A stretch of 64,000 nucleotides of DNA, taken from the NCBI GenBank assembly GCA_047602905.1, contig JBLKOP010000001.1, forward strand, positions 26,773 to 90,772, written 5' to 3'. The notes below the pieces were generated by a model. The model searched no databases. It was not told where the DNA came from and worked only from the letters and a program-made list of their open reading frames with translations. This stretch comes from Candidatus Woesearchaeota archaeon. Lineage in GTDB: Archaea > Nanobdellota > Nanobdellia > Woesearchaeales > SKIA01. Below, in pieces: positions 8,608 to 18,549 of the stretch. The translations under genes and the position numbers were made by a program. Positions within the stretch are counted from its first letter, which is position 1. Every line of letters begins with the position of its first letter.

Positions 8608-10320
8608 GTGAGTTTTTATAAGAGCAAAGACACAGAATACGCACTAAACAAAATCAAAGAAAGCGAAATAATATATGCTTCTATGGAGATAGGTCTTGTT
8701 AGCGAAGTAAAGACGTACAGCGGAGGACTAGGAGTGCTCGCAGGAGACACGCTCAGAAGCTGCGCAGACCTAGCACTACCAGTAACAGGAATTACCTTAC
8801 TATACAGAAAAGGCTATTTTGAGCAAATAATACACGACAAGCAACAACAAGAAGCAAGCGAGCCTTGGAACGTAGACGAATACACAACAGCACTCCCGCA
8901 AGCACGCGTACAACTCATTATTGAAGGACGAGAAGTCATTGTAGAGCCAAGAGTAGGAATCGTTGTGGGACATGAAGAAGACGTCGTTCCCGTACTCTTC
9001 TTAGACACAGACCTAGAAGAAAACGACGCTGCAGACAGAGAAATAACGAATTATTTGTACGGAGGAGACAACCGTATGCGCATAAAACAAGAAGCAATAC
9101 TTGGAATAGCAGGAAAACGAGTCTTGCGACGACTACAAGCAACCAACATCAACACGTTTCACATGAACGAAGGACACGCAGCACTAGCACCCGTAGAAGA
9201 CGCAAGGTACCTGAGTAAGTACTACGAGTTTAACACACCAAAAATCCAGGAGTTAGTACGCAGCATGCACGTATTCACGACACACACACCAATACCAGCA
9301 GGACACGACAAGTTCAGCTACGAACTCATCAAAGAAGTTCTAGGAGCAGAGGACGTAGCGTGGAAACACCTAGACTTAGCAGGTCATGAAGAATGCAACA
9401 TGACACAACTCGCACTCAACTTCAGCCGCTTCACAAACGCAGTAGCAAAGAAACACGCACAAGTAAGCAGAAAAATGTTTCCAGGATACGACATCAAAAG
9501 CGTAACAAACGGAGTACACCTAGGAGAATGGATGAGCCCACACATACAAGCACTTCTTGACGAAACAATGCCTAGCTGGAGACACGAACCAAGCATCTTA
9601 CAACACGCGTACAGAGTAATAGGGCCAGAACAAATACACGAAGCGCACACAAAAGCAAAACAAGACCTCCTAGACTTCGTTAAAGAAACAACAGGAATAC
9701 AACTCGATATGAACAAACTCACCGTAGGATTCGCAAGGCGCTTTGCACCCTACAAACGAGCAGACCTCATATTCACAGACATAAACCGCCTTTTAGAACT
9801 AGCAGAAGGAAAAATCCAGTTCGTATTCGCAGGAGAAGCACACCCAAAAGACCAAGCAGGAAAAGACATTATTCGACGAGTACTAGAGAAAGCAGAAGAG
9901 CTACGAGGAAGAATAGACGTCGCGTTCATACCCAACTACAACATGCACGTAGGAAAAGCCCTGGTAAGCGGCTGCGACTTATGGCTAAACAACCCCGTAC
10001 CACCAAAAGAAGCAAGCGGAACCAGCGGGATGAAAGCAGCAGCCAACGCAGTACCCAACCTCTCAACACTAGACGGCTGGTGGATAGAAGGAATAACCCA
10101 AGACCCACTAGCAGGATGGATCATACACCACCGCCACGACGGACGAGACGAGATAAGCCTGTATGAGCAACTCGAGCACATAACACGAGTGTATCACGAG
10201 CACAGAACAAGATGGAACGAGCACCAAGTACACGCACTAGCACTAGCAAGCTACTTTAACACGCACCGAATGGTACAAGAATACCTGGACAAAGCGTGGA
10301 GCCTAAAGATATACTCATAA
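8608..10320 (+). CDS. alpha-glucan (glycogen/maltodextrin) phosphorylase, short GT35 form
   Basis: PLP-site EASGTSGMKAAANAV; GGLGVLAGD near N-terminus; TATA about 30 bp upstream. Confidence 0.75.
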   Translation: MSFYKSKDTEYALNKIKESEIIYASMEIGLVSEVKTYSGGLGVLAGDTLRSCADLALPVTGITLLYRKGYFEQIIHDKQQQEASEPWNVDEYTTALPQARVQLIIEGREVIVEPRVGIVVGHEEDVVPVLFLDTDLEENDAADREITNYLYGGDNRMRIKQEAILGIAGKRVLRRLQATNINTFHMNEGHAALAPVEDARYLSKYYEFNTPKIQELVRSMHVFTTHTPIPAGHDKFSYELIKEVLGAEDVAWKHLDLAGHEECNMTQLALNFSRFTNAVAKKHAQVSRKMFPGYDIKSVTNGVHLGEWMSPHIQALLDETMPSWRHEPSILQHAYRVIGPEQIHEAHTKAKQDLLDFVKETTGIQLDMNKLTVGFARRFAPYKRADLIFTDINRLLELAEGKIQFVFAGEAHPKDQAGKDIIRRVLEKAEELRGRIDVAFIPNYNMHVGKALVSGCDLWLNNPVPPKEASGTSGMKAAANAVPNLSTLDGWWIEGITQDPLAGWIIHHRHDGRDEISLYEQLEHITRVYHEHRTRWNEHQVHALALASYFNTHRMVQEYLDKAWSLKIYS

Positions 10321-10344
10321 AGACTGCTTACTTTCTTTTGTACT

Positions 10345-11103
10345 ATGGAGTATGAAGCATTCATCAAAGAAGTATTTGAGCTAGTAACACAAAACATCCC
10401 GTACCCTATACGAGACGTAGAAGAAAAAGCAAGCAAGGAACTCGTTACCACAACAGACCTCGCAGTAGAGCAGCTCATACGAGAAGAAATTAAGAAAACA
10501 TATCCCGAACACGGAATACGAGGAGAGGAAGAAGAAGACTACAACGCAGCAAGCGAGTACCAATGGGTAATAGACCCCATAGACGGAACAACAAACTACG
10601 CACACAACATACCCGTTTTTTGCGTAGCAATAGCGCTCCTACACGACCAAGAAGTCATTGCAGCAGGAGTACACCAACCAATAACACAAGACGTCTACTT
10701 AGCAACGAGAGGGCGAGGAGCAACAAAAAACGGTGCGTTACTACGCGTACAAGAAACTCCTCTCTCAGAAGCACTCATAGGGTTTTGTCACGCAAACAAC
10801 CAAGAAGCAGTAGCGTGGATTACTCAAAGATATGAACGACTAAAGAACGCAACAAGAGACTTTAGAAGACTAGGAAGCGCGAACTTAGAACTCTGCATGG
10901 TAGCCACAGGAGACCTAGCAGGCTTTGTAGGATACGAAATACAACCATGGGACTTCTTAGCAGGATGCCTTATAGCAGCAGAAGCAGGCTGCACCATAAC
11001 CAACTTACAAGGAGGGTTGTGGGAGGACAAAAACGTACGCAGCGTACTAGCAGCACCCAAGAACCTTCATGAAGAACTCACGCAACACATAAATACTTCG
11101 TAA
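10345..11103 (+). CDS. inositol monophosphatase / FBPase-family phosphatase
   Basis: WVIDPIDGTTNYAHNIPVF metal-binding motif. Confidence 0.75.
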   Translation: MEYEAFIKEVFELVTQNIPYPIRDVEEKASKELVTTTDLAVEQLIREEIKKTYPEHGIRGEEEEDYNAASEYQWVIDPIDGTTNYAHNIPVFCVAIALLHDQEVIAAGVHQPITQDVYLATRGRGATKNGALLRVQETPLSEALIGFCHANNQEAVAWITQRYERLKNATRDFRRLGSANLELCMVATGDLAGFVGYEIQPWDFLAGCLIAAEAGCTITNLQGGLWEDKNVRSVLAAPKNLHEELTQHINTS

Positions 11104-11117
11104 AGAAACACACCTGT

Positions 11118-11729
11118 ATGAACCGTTGGTTACTCACAGCAGGACTTGTCGGCTTATTAGCAACATCCACAGCACAAGCACAAACAGCAGTCTACACCGA
11201 TACAGAAACCCACAGACTATACCTTGTAGACCAGAGAAACACAGGAGAGTACGAACTAGGAGTAGCTATTAATCATAAAGAACCAATCGCTAGCATACTA
11301 TACCCAGGATCAGAAAGCATAAACGTTTGGATAAGCGCAAACACGCTAGAGGAAGCCTTACAAGCACCAGACATATTTACACAATACTTCTCGCAAGCAA
11401 CACGAGTAGATAACACCCTATTTGCAGAGAAACAAGGAATACGAGACGCACCAACATACGCTGTACGCGTAGAAGACAAAATATACTTCTTCTTAGACCT
11501 TAACGAGGACGGCAAACTACAACGGTTCATAGACGCAGTACAAGTAGTGCAGATTAATAAACAAGAAGATAACACAAGCGTTTTTTGGAACGGACTAGAA
11601 CCAAACCACCCAGAACCAGTACTCCGAGGAGACCCAAGAGAAGGGCCGGTACTGTTTTATCACTTAACACCAGAAAACACTGCTCACATACCTGAATACG
11701 TTACACCTATAAACACAAGCACCCCATAA
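11118..11729 (+). CDS. secreted hypothetical protein
   Basis: Sec signal peptide MNRWLLTAGLVGLLATSTAQAQTA. Confidence 0.45.
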   Translation: MNRWLLTAGLVGLLATSTAQAQTAVYTDTETHRLYLVDQRNTGEYELGVAINHKEPIASILYPGSESINVWISANTLEEALQAPDIFTQYFSQATRVDNTLFAEKQGIRDAPTYAVRVEDKIYFFLDLNEDGKLQRFIDAVQVVQINKQEDNTSVFWNGLEPNHPEPVLRGDPREGPVLFYHLTPENTAHIPEYVTPINTSTP

Positions 11730-11737
11730 GCACATAC

Positions 11738-12295
11738 ATGGCAGTCACACCCAGCAACATGGTACCGTTAAGAAGCAAAGCACACCCGTTTACTCTTTTA
11801 GACGTCGTTAGTGGTACGAAAAAAAGCTATGAAGAACTGCGAGAAGAGAACGGAGTAGTAATTATGTTCATCTGCAACCACTGCCCCTTTGTCAAACACA
11901 TAAACCAAGGACTCGTACGAGTAGCCAACCAGTACCAGAAAAAAGGAATACGCTTCGTAGCTATTAGTAGCAACGACGCAAAAAACTACCCAGAAGACAG
12001 CCCAGAAAACATGAAAGAAGTAGCGAAGAAACAACAATACCCGTTTGTGTACTTGTATGACGAAACACAAGAAGTAGCTAAGAAGTACAAAGCAGCGTGC
12101 ACACCAGACTTCTTTGTTTATGATAGTAACGACGAACTCTTTTACCGAGGACAACTCGATGAGAGCAGACCAGGAAACGACATACCAGTAACCACAAGCC
12201 ACCTACAAGAAGCACTCAACAAACTCCTTGCAGGAGAGCAACCGCCAGAAGAACAAATCCCAAGTGCTGGTTGCGGAATTAAGTGGAAGAACTAA
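11738..12295 (+). CDS. thioredoxin-fold thiol-disulfide oxidoreductase family protein
   Basis: CNHCPF (CxxC) motif in thioredoxin-like context. Confidence 0.55.
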   Translation: MAVTPSNMVPLRSKAHPFTLLDVVSGTKKSYEELREENGVVIMFICNHCPFVKHINQGLVRVANQYQKKGIRFVAISSNDAKNYPEDSPENMKEVAKKQQYPFVYLYDETQEVAKKYKAACTPDFFVYDSNDELFYRGQLDESRPGNDIPVTTSHLQEALNKLLAGEQPPEEQIPSAGCGIKWKN

Positions 12296-12324
12296 CAAGA
12301 CCGAAAACCTTCTGCTAACAGCAC

Positions 12325-12894
12325 TCATCCAAGAACATACATCAACCAAGGACGCTTAACAACAAAACGCGTCTTTCTTAGCCAAGCATCAAGACCAAGA
12401 ACTTGACCAGCACCAAAAGAAGAAATACCAAACAATAACATAACATACACTATGTGCTCATTAACGACAAACCCGTGCTCAAGAGGTAGGAACGCAAGAA
12501 GACCTCCTTGCAGAGCAGCCAAATAAAACAAGAACATAAGAATAGCAGCAAACAACGCGCACAAACGAGTAAATAAACCAAGAATAAGACCTAGACCAGT
12601 AGCTGTTAAACCAATAATAACCAACCAATCAACTAATACGCTACCAGCAAGACTTGCAAACACAGAAACAAATGGGTTAGCAGGATGAATTGCGTGCAGC
12701 AAATACCCACTAGCACTCCACGAAGAACTAAAAAGCTTATCAAGACCTCCAGCAAGCAAAATCCAACCAATGGCTACGCGCATAAGAACAAGAGAGTAAC
12801 CAACAGCTTGGTGAGCGTACGGAAAAGACACTTCTTTACCAAACACCTCTGTCTGAACACTATCTGAGCGCATACACGTATCAATGAAGAACAA
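12325..12894 (-). CDS. DoxX-like membrane protein
   Basis: Four TM helices, DoxX-like pattern; coding strand G+T-rich. Confidence 0.4.
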   Translation of the reverse strand: MFFIDTCMRSDSVQTEVFGKEVSFPYAHQAVGYSLVLMRVAIGWILLAGGLDKLFSSSWSASGYLLHAIHPANPFVSVFASLAGSVLVDWLVIIGLTATGLGLILGLFTRLCALFAAILMFLFYLAALQGGLLAFLPLEHGFVVNEHIVYVMLLFGISSFGAGQVLGLDAWLRKTRFVVKRPWLMYVLG

Positions 12895-12966
12895 GCTATA
12901 AAAATCTCTCGGTTACCAACAAGTAACTACAACAACCATATAAAGAACGCCTAAAAACCTTACTGT

Positions 12967-14061
12967 ATGCTTCGACACATCATTATCAGCGACACGCATG
13001 CACCTGACCAAATACGACTCATCCTAGAGCACGTACAGCAACGAGTACTTAAAGAAAGCGCTGTAGATGCGATAGTCATTAACGGAGACCTCCTAGGAGT
13101 GTTTAGTATGCAAGGAAGCAACAAACACAAACAAGAAGACATTAGCAGAGAAGAAAAAGAATCGTACCTACAAGAAGCAGCGCCGAAATGGCATAAAAAA
13201 CACGGTATGAACACGCAACTAACCGTAGAAAACGTGCTAGAATACGCACAGGAGCGCTACAAGTGGGTGGAGAAGACTTTAAGAGAAACAAGCAAGCTAG
13301 CAACAACTATTTGGAACATGGGAAACCACGAAAGCCCAGAGCACTTCTTAGTACTGCAAGAACTCCCCTTCTTACTGGAGCAACCAATGAACTTCTCCGT
13401 ACCAGACGAGCAACTACAAACAATTTTTTACAAACACGAACAAGCACTAGCAGTACTAGAACTCACTAACAACTTCGTGTACATACGAGACAAACCATAC
13501 ATACAAGAAGACACGCTCATCATAGGAATACCAGGAGAAAGCCACGCAGCAATAGGAAGTAGCAAACCAGCAAGAAAACAAGAAGAACAAACCCTTGCTG
13601 TACTTAAGAAAGCAAGCAAGAAACTACCTGAGGTAACCAACGCAATTATTTACAACCACACACAAGGAAGCTACGACAAAAACACCAGCACGTTTATGCC
13701 AGCAAGCACGGCAGCAAAAGAATTCATGAACCAAACAAGCAACCTACAACACCTTATTTGGGTGCAAAGCCACAACCACTGGAGCTACACACAACACCTA
13801 CACAAAGAAAACACTCATTACGTACTTAATAACGCAGGACTACACAACGCAATCTACAACCTCCTAGAACTCGATGAAGAACTAACCATTTATGACGTGG
13901 ACGCAAACAAAAACACCATAACCAAACTACAACAAAGCAACCAAGAAATAACAGGAGGAGACGCTTTAGCAATTATTAAAAGAAACTACCCCAACTACAT
14001 GGACGTATACCTACACAGAAAAATGCGCCTAGACGCAACAAAACAACCAAGAACTTCCTAA
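12967..14061 (+). CDS. calcineurin-like metallophosphoesterase
   Basis: Motifs DTH, GDLLG, GNHE. Confidence 0.6.
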   Translation: MLRHIIISDTHAPDQIRLILEHVQQRVLKESAVDAIVINGDLLGVFSMQGSNKHKQEDISREEKESYLQEAAPKWHKKHGMNTQLTVENVLEYAQERYKWVEKTLRETSKLATTIWNMGNHESPEHFLVLQELPFLLEQPMNFSVPDEQLQTIFYKHEQALAVLELTNNFVYIRDKPYIQEDTLIIGIPGESHAAIGSSKPARKQEEQTLAVLKKASKKLPEVTNAIIYNHTQGSYDKNTSTFMPASTAAKEFMNQTSNLQHLIWVQSHNHWSYTQHLHKENTHYVLNNAGLHNAIYNLLELDEELTIYDVDANKNTITKLQQSNQEITGGDALAIIKRNYPNYMDVYLHRKMRLDATKQPRTS

Positions 14062-14513
14062 TCAGAATCAACCCACAAAAACAACCCCTTACTCTGAAGC
14101 CAAACAAACCACTTAGCGCGATCAACAACTAACTCGCCAAGAACAGCAAACGGAAGAGTAACTAAGAACACAATCCAAACCACTTGTAACGTAACTGGCT
14201 CACCAGTAAGTAAGGTAATAACAATTAAGTCCTCAACAACACCCATAACCATACCAAACACCAAAAACTCAAGAAACACCTCCAAACGCTGCAAACGAGC
14301 ACTTTTTGCGTGAGGAATAAGCGAGTGCCTATCAACAATTAATTCACCAAGAGCAGCAAACGGAACAACCACTAAAAACGAAATAACAACAGCACGCAAA
14401 TCAATAGCGTGACTCGTAGCGAAATGAATAGCAATCAAGTTCTCAATAAGACCAATAACTACACCAAACACTAAGAAACTCACAAAAATCTTTACTTGCT
14501 TACGAGACCACAC
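14058..14513 (-). CDS. membrane protein with internal tandem duplication
   Basis: Two homologous halves (FLVFGVVIGLIENLIAIHF...ALGELIVDR versus FLVFGMVMGVVEDLIVITL...VLGELVVDR). Confidence 0.4.
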   Translation of the reverse strand: MWSRKQVKIFVSFLVFGVVIGLIENLIAIHFATSHAIDLRAVVISFLVVVPFAALGELIVDRHSLIPHAKSARLQRLEVFLEFLVFGMVMGVVEDLIVITLLTGEPVTLQVVWIVFLVTLPFAVLGELVVDRAKWFVWLQSKGLFLWVDSD

Positions 14514-14587
14514 ACGAGAACATTACTTGCGCAACGTATAAACCCTTTGGTACTACTCAGCAGGATACACTAACACTGCAGCACATG

Positions 14588-15550
14588 CTACGAGGAGCAG
14601 TAGAAATATGAGCAAACTTGCTTTAGGTGTGTGAATAGTTGCTTTTTGAATTCTTGATATTCTTGTTTGTCTATTGTTTGAAGTGATAAGTACTGTACGT
14701 CTTCTTGTGTATGTAATTCTTGATTTTGTAATTGCGTGCAGTTTTTTGTGAGCGTTTCTGTGTAGTTTTGCAGTGTTCGCTTGCTTGCTTGAATCTTTCT
14801 TATTATTTGTTGTACGGGTATTTCAAATAGGTCTAGTTGTTTGTTAAGCAAATACATGTCAAGTATGTCTCGCTCTTTTGGTTGTTCTCGTGTGAGTATT
14901 GCTCGAAATTTTTCTAGAGCTATTTCTGTTTTTGGATAGCACGGAATTGTTGGGCTGTGCAGAGTTACTCCAATAACTTGTGCTTGTTCTTGCACGCCTA
15001 GAATATCTGGAAGGTTTGGAACGGTTATTTGTACGGGCTTATTTTGAAGTTCTTCGGTAAAACTTATTTCTAACTTAATACTCTGTTTTTGGTTTGTTAT
15101 TGTAGAGATATAATGCATGTGCAGAACGTATATCGCTCGGCTATTACGTAGCTGTACGTAACGCTTGTTTGTTCTGTCATGAACGAAGTCAAGTCCTGTT
15201 CTTTGAGCTATAAGTTCTATTTCGTCAAAGAGTTCTTTGACGAGGTGTTTTATTACTCTTTCTTGTTGTTGAATGGATTCTAACTCTCGTATATCGTTGC
15301 ATTGCGGGTGTGTGAAGTCAAGATCTTCGCTGATGCGATGATACTTCAGATATGCTTTTGTGAGAAGAGTCCCTCCTTTAAACACAAGAGTTTGTAACCG
15401 TTGTATCTCCTTCTTTTTTGCTGCTTGTGCGAGTTCTGAAAGAAACAAGCTGAGTCGGTAGTCCTTCTCAAACTGTTCTTCTCCTGTGGTATATTGTCCT
15501 TGTTTTTTGAGGAATTGAATATATCGTTGTAATCGTTTTTGTGTAATCAT
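14588..15550 (-). CDS. AbiEii-like nucleotidyltransferase toxin (type IV TA / abortive infection)
   Basis: FKGGTLLTKAYLKYHRISEDLDF motif; 4-bp ATGA overlap with upstream AbiEi-like gene. Confidence 0.6.
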   Translation of the reverse strand: MITQKRLQRYIQFLKKQGQYTTGEEQFEKDYRLSLFLSELAQAAKKKEIQRLQTLVFKGGTLLTKAYLKYHRISEDLDFTHPQCNDIRELESIQQQERVIKHLVKELFDEIELIAQRTGLDFVHDRTNKRYVQLRNSRAIYVLHMHYISTITNQKQSIKLEISFTEELQNKPVQITVPNLPDILGVQEQAQVIGVTLHSPTIPCYPKTEIALEKFRAILTREQPKERDILDMYLLNKQLDLFEIPVQQIIRKIQASKRTLQNYTETLTKNCTQLQNQELHTQEDVQYLSLQTIDKQEYQEFKKQLFTHLKQVCSYFYCSS

Positions 15551-16158
15551 AGGAGTTGTTGTGCTCGTTTCTGAACAGCTAGAGGGTATTTTGTGAGGTA
15601 CGGATTATTATTTGGTATTTTCTGTATAAGTTCTTGAGGGGGCTGTTCTTTATAATATACAAAATCCATGAACGTTTTTTCTGTATTACTATAAAACATT
15701 GTTAGCTGGTTTTTCGTCTTAATCTTGTTAATCCCAAAACCAAATAATTTTTTTTTGAGTTTACGAAATTCAATTTTTGTTCCTTGAACTGTACGTGTTC
15801 GAGAAAGTTTGTTATTCAGAATGACTATTGTGTTATGTCCTTGCCAGACGACGTTGTTTCTTTCTAAAGCGGTTGTAAGTCCAAGATACCAATCAATTTT
15901 GAGCTTGTTAAGTACCACAGAAGTCATTTCTAGTGCTGTGTAGTTGGTAAAATCAAATCTGTGCTCCTCAGTATCGCAAATATAGTAATATCCATTTAGG
16001 ATATAGGTAACCCAACCCTGTTTTCGTAATTGATATATGATGCGTTTAGGATATGCTTTATCCTGAAATAACACTTCTAATTTATCTCTAGAAATAATTC
16101 TTGTCTTATTTTGCTCTAGATAGTGTAAAAGAATGTTTTTAGGAGCTGTGAAATCCAT
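15547..16158 (-). CDS. AbiEi-like antitoxin / transcriptional regulator
   Basis: Position and size upstream of AbiEii-like gene; wHTH-like N-terminus. Confidence 0.5.
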   Translation of the reverse strand: MDFTAPKNILLHYLEQNKTRIISRDKLEVLFQDKAYPKRIIYQLRKQGWVTYILNGYYYICDTEEHRFDFTNYTALEMTSVVLNKLKIDWYLGLTTALERNNVVWQGHNTIVILNNKLSRTRTVQGTKIEFRKLKKKLFGFGINKIKTKNQLTMFYSNTEKTFMDFVYYKEQPPQELIQKIPNNNPYLTKYPLAVQKRAQQLL

Positions 16159-16428
16159 TACAATAAGAATGGATTAATTTATTTATATACTTAATTGTTT
16201 CAAATAATTCCTTTTCGTGACGTTTTTGAAACAAAAATATTTATTTTCTAGAGTACACTCACCATGTTTGCGGTGTGTGTACAAAAGTTAAGAGAGGTGA
16301 TTTTAGGAATTAATGAACGTATAAACTGCCTCGCCCACCAGTGCTTAATAAAGATAACTTGAAGAAGGCATATGAGTACATTCAAAAATATGCCTTGATG
16401 ACTCCTTAGATGTCAGCAAAGCTATATA

Positions 16429-16503
16429 TGCCCCGTCCGGGATTTGAACCCGGGTTACCGCCTTGAAAGGGCGGAGTGATTGGCCGGACTACACTAACGG
16501 GGC
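16429..16503 (-). tRNA. tRNA-Glu (anticodon TTC)
   Basis: Cloverleaf folds by hand: acceptor GCCCCGT/ACGGGGC, anticodon stem CCGCC/GGCGG with loop CTTTCAA; TATA about 30 bp upstream on minus strand. Confidence 0.8.
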
Positions 16504-16596
16504 GTAGTAGTCTAGTGAAGCAAAACAGGGTTTGCTTATAAACATATCGAGAAATTACGCAAACATATAAAAAAACTCTTCTGTAGCAATTACTTC

Positions 16597-17142
16597 ATGC
16601 TAGAACTCCTGACAAACCCCTACCTCATCTGTCTAAACGCGCTTATAACAGGCTTATTTACGAAAATAGCGGATGTAGGAGTGGATGATGGAGTGCGTCA
16701 ATCAACAACAAAAAACTTGTTGTACGGATTCTTATGGGGCTTTTTTGCATCACTAGTAGTGCTTGGAAGCAGCTTAATAGCAGCGTTTTATTTTGGCATC
16801 CTTCTTAGCTGGGTAGTACGTTACAAACTCGACTACTACTCGCACGGAATAGGAGGCGCTCTTGTGCTGTTCTCAATACTACTCGTAAACCCTACACAGC
16901 AACTAGAACTCATTATTATGCTTGTAACGTTTGCGTTATTTACGTTTTTTGGAGTGCTCTCACGAGAGTACAAACTAAAAAACCGTCTAGGAGTCTTTCA
17001 CACATACAACCTCTACTCGTTTCTGTTCTTAGCAGCACTAGCAATACTTTATCCGCAAGTATGGATCGTGTTCTTTGCGTCACTAACAAACGTTATTGGA
17101 TACCACTTTGTTCGCTTTACGGTAAAAAAGCAACAAGCTTAA
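16597..17142 (+). CDS. integral membrane protein
   Basis: 5-6 predicted TM helices; TATA 25 bp upstream. Confidence 0.4.
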   Translation: MLELLTNPYLICLNALITGLFTKIADVGVDDGVRQSTTKNLLYGFLWGFFASLVVLGSSLIAAFYFGILLSWVVRYKLDYYSHGIGGALVLFSILLVNPTQQLELIIMLVTFALFTFFGVLSREYKLKNRLGVFHTYNLYSFLFLAALAILYPQVWIVFFASLTNVIGYHFVRFTVKKQQA

Positions 17143-17180
17143 AAAACACTTCTCCCCTCCGCACACCTACTGATACATAC

Positions 17181-18161
17181 ATGGTATACGAAACGATTCT
17201 TATCGTTGTGGCTCTTGTTTTCTTTAGTGGGTTATTTAGTGGATTAACGCTCGGCTTAATGACGCTTAAGCCGCAGACGCTGAAACGAAAAGCAAAGCTT
17301 GGAGACGCACAAGCAAAACAGGTGTATCCTCTGCGAAAAAACGGAAACCTCCTCTTAACTACACTGCTTCTTGCAAACGTGCTTGTAAACACCATTCTGA
17401 GTATCTTCTTAGGAAGCCTAACAACAGGAGTAATCGCTGTGGTGCTCGCAACAGCTCTTATCGTGGTGTTTGGAGAAATCATTCCTCAAGCGCTCATGAA
17501 CAAGCACGCGTTGAGGTTTGGAGCACGAACAAGACACCTCACACGGCTCTTCATGATCCTTCTGTACCCAATAGCAAAACCGGTAAGTGTGTTGCTGGAT
17601 AAGACTCTTGGTCATGAGCTACCAACAATATTTAGTAAAAAAGAGATTGGTATGATGGTAAAAGAGCAAGTAACGATACAAGAAAGTGATCTTGACAACC
17701 TTGATTACAGCATAGTAACTCGAGGCCTTAGCTTTAGTGATAAGCGCGTGCGAGACATAAAAACACCGCTAAAAAACACGTATAGCCTGCAGCAAAACCA
17801 ACGACTTACAAAGAAGTTATTGCACGAAATACAAGAGCAAGGGTATAGTCGCATACCAGTTTTTGATGAAGAACGACGAGGAGTCGTTGGTATTTTGTAC
17901 GCTAAAGACTTAATTGAGGTGCACTACCAAGACAAACAAACAATACGGGACTTAATGAAGCAACCAGTAGAAGTAGTCAGTGAGCGAAACAAGCTGGATA
18001 AAGTTCTTCGGTTGTTTAAAGAAAAAAGAATTCACTTATTTATTGTTTTAGACGCAGACAATAACCCAGTAGGAATAATTACTTTAGAGGACGTACTTGA
18101 AGAAATCATTGGAGAAATAGAGGATGAGTATGATGAAACACCAACAACTCCTTCTTCATAA
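17181..18161 (+). CDS. CNNM/CorC-family (DUF21 + CBS pair) membrane protein
   Basis: N-terminal DUF21 TM region, then CBS-domain-like segments; start placed at MVYETIL. Confidence 0.55.
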   Translation: MVYETILIVVALVFFSGLFSGLTLGLMTLKPQTLKRKAKLGDAQAKQVYPLRKNGNLLLTTLLLANVLVNTILSIFLGSLTTGVIAVVLATALIVVFGEIIPQALMNKHALRFGARTRHLTRLFMILLYPIAKPVSVLLDKTLGHELPTIFSKKEIGMMVKEQVTIQESDLDNLDYSIVTRGLSFSDKRVRDIKTPLKNTYSLQQNQRLTKKLLHEIQEQGYSRIPVFDEERRGVVGILYAKDLIEVHYQDKQTIRDLMKQPVEVVSERNKLDKVLRLFKEKRIHLFIVLDADNNPVGIITLEDVLEEIIGEIEDEYDETPTTPSS

Positions 18162-18171
18162 AAAAAAGAGG

Positions 18172-18293
18172 TGAGCCCAGAGGGATTTGAACCCTCAACC
18201 ACTGGTACACTCAGAGACCTAAGTGCTAACACTAAGGAAATTCCTTATTGCCTCATATAAGACCAGCGCTCTACCAGGTTGAGCTATGGGCTC
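18172..18293 (-). tRNA. tRNA-Ile (anticodon TAT) with a 48-nt intron at the canonical 37/38 position
   Basis: Acceptor GAGCCCA/TGGGCTC, D-stem GCTC/GAGC, anticodon stem CTGGT/ACCAG, loop CTTATA then intron TGAGGCAATAAGGAATTTCCTTAGTGTTAGCACTTAGGTCTCTGAGTG, T-arm GAGGG-TTCAAAT-CCCTC. Confidence 0.7.
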
Positions 18294-18534
18294 GGCTATG
18301 AAGAGCAAGAACGCATTCATTCTTAAACGCTTCGTTTCAGCAAAAAAAAAGAAACATCTAAAAAACGCGTTTACCAAACAACACTTTATGAACGAACTTC
18401 TAGAAGAAGCAGATACGCTTGCACAACAAGAAATAGCCAAGTACGGCCTACCAAGCAAAAAAAACTACGACACGGCAAACAAGAAAGGACTACAACTCGC
18501 AAAACAACTTGGCGCAAACACACAAGTAATATAA
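18286..18534 (+). CDS. hypothetical basic protein
   Basis: ORF only; overlaps tRNA by a few nt. Confidence 0.25.
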   Translation: MGSAMKSKNAFILKRFVSAKKKKHLKNAFTKQHFMNELLEEADTLAQQEIAKYGLPSKKNYDTANKKGLQLAKQLGANTQVI

Positions 18535-18549
18535 GTCGCAACTCGCCTC

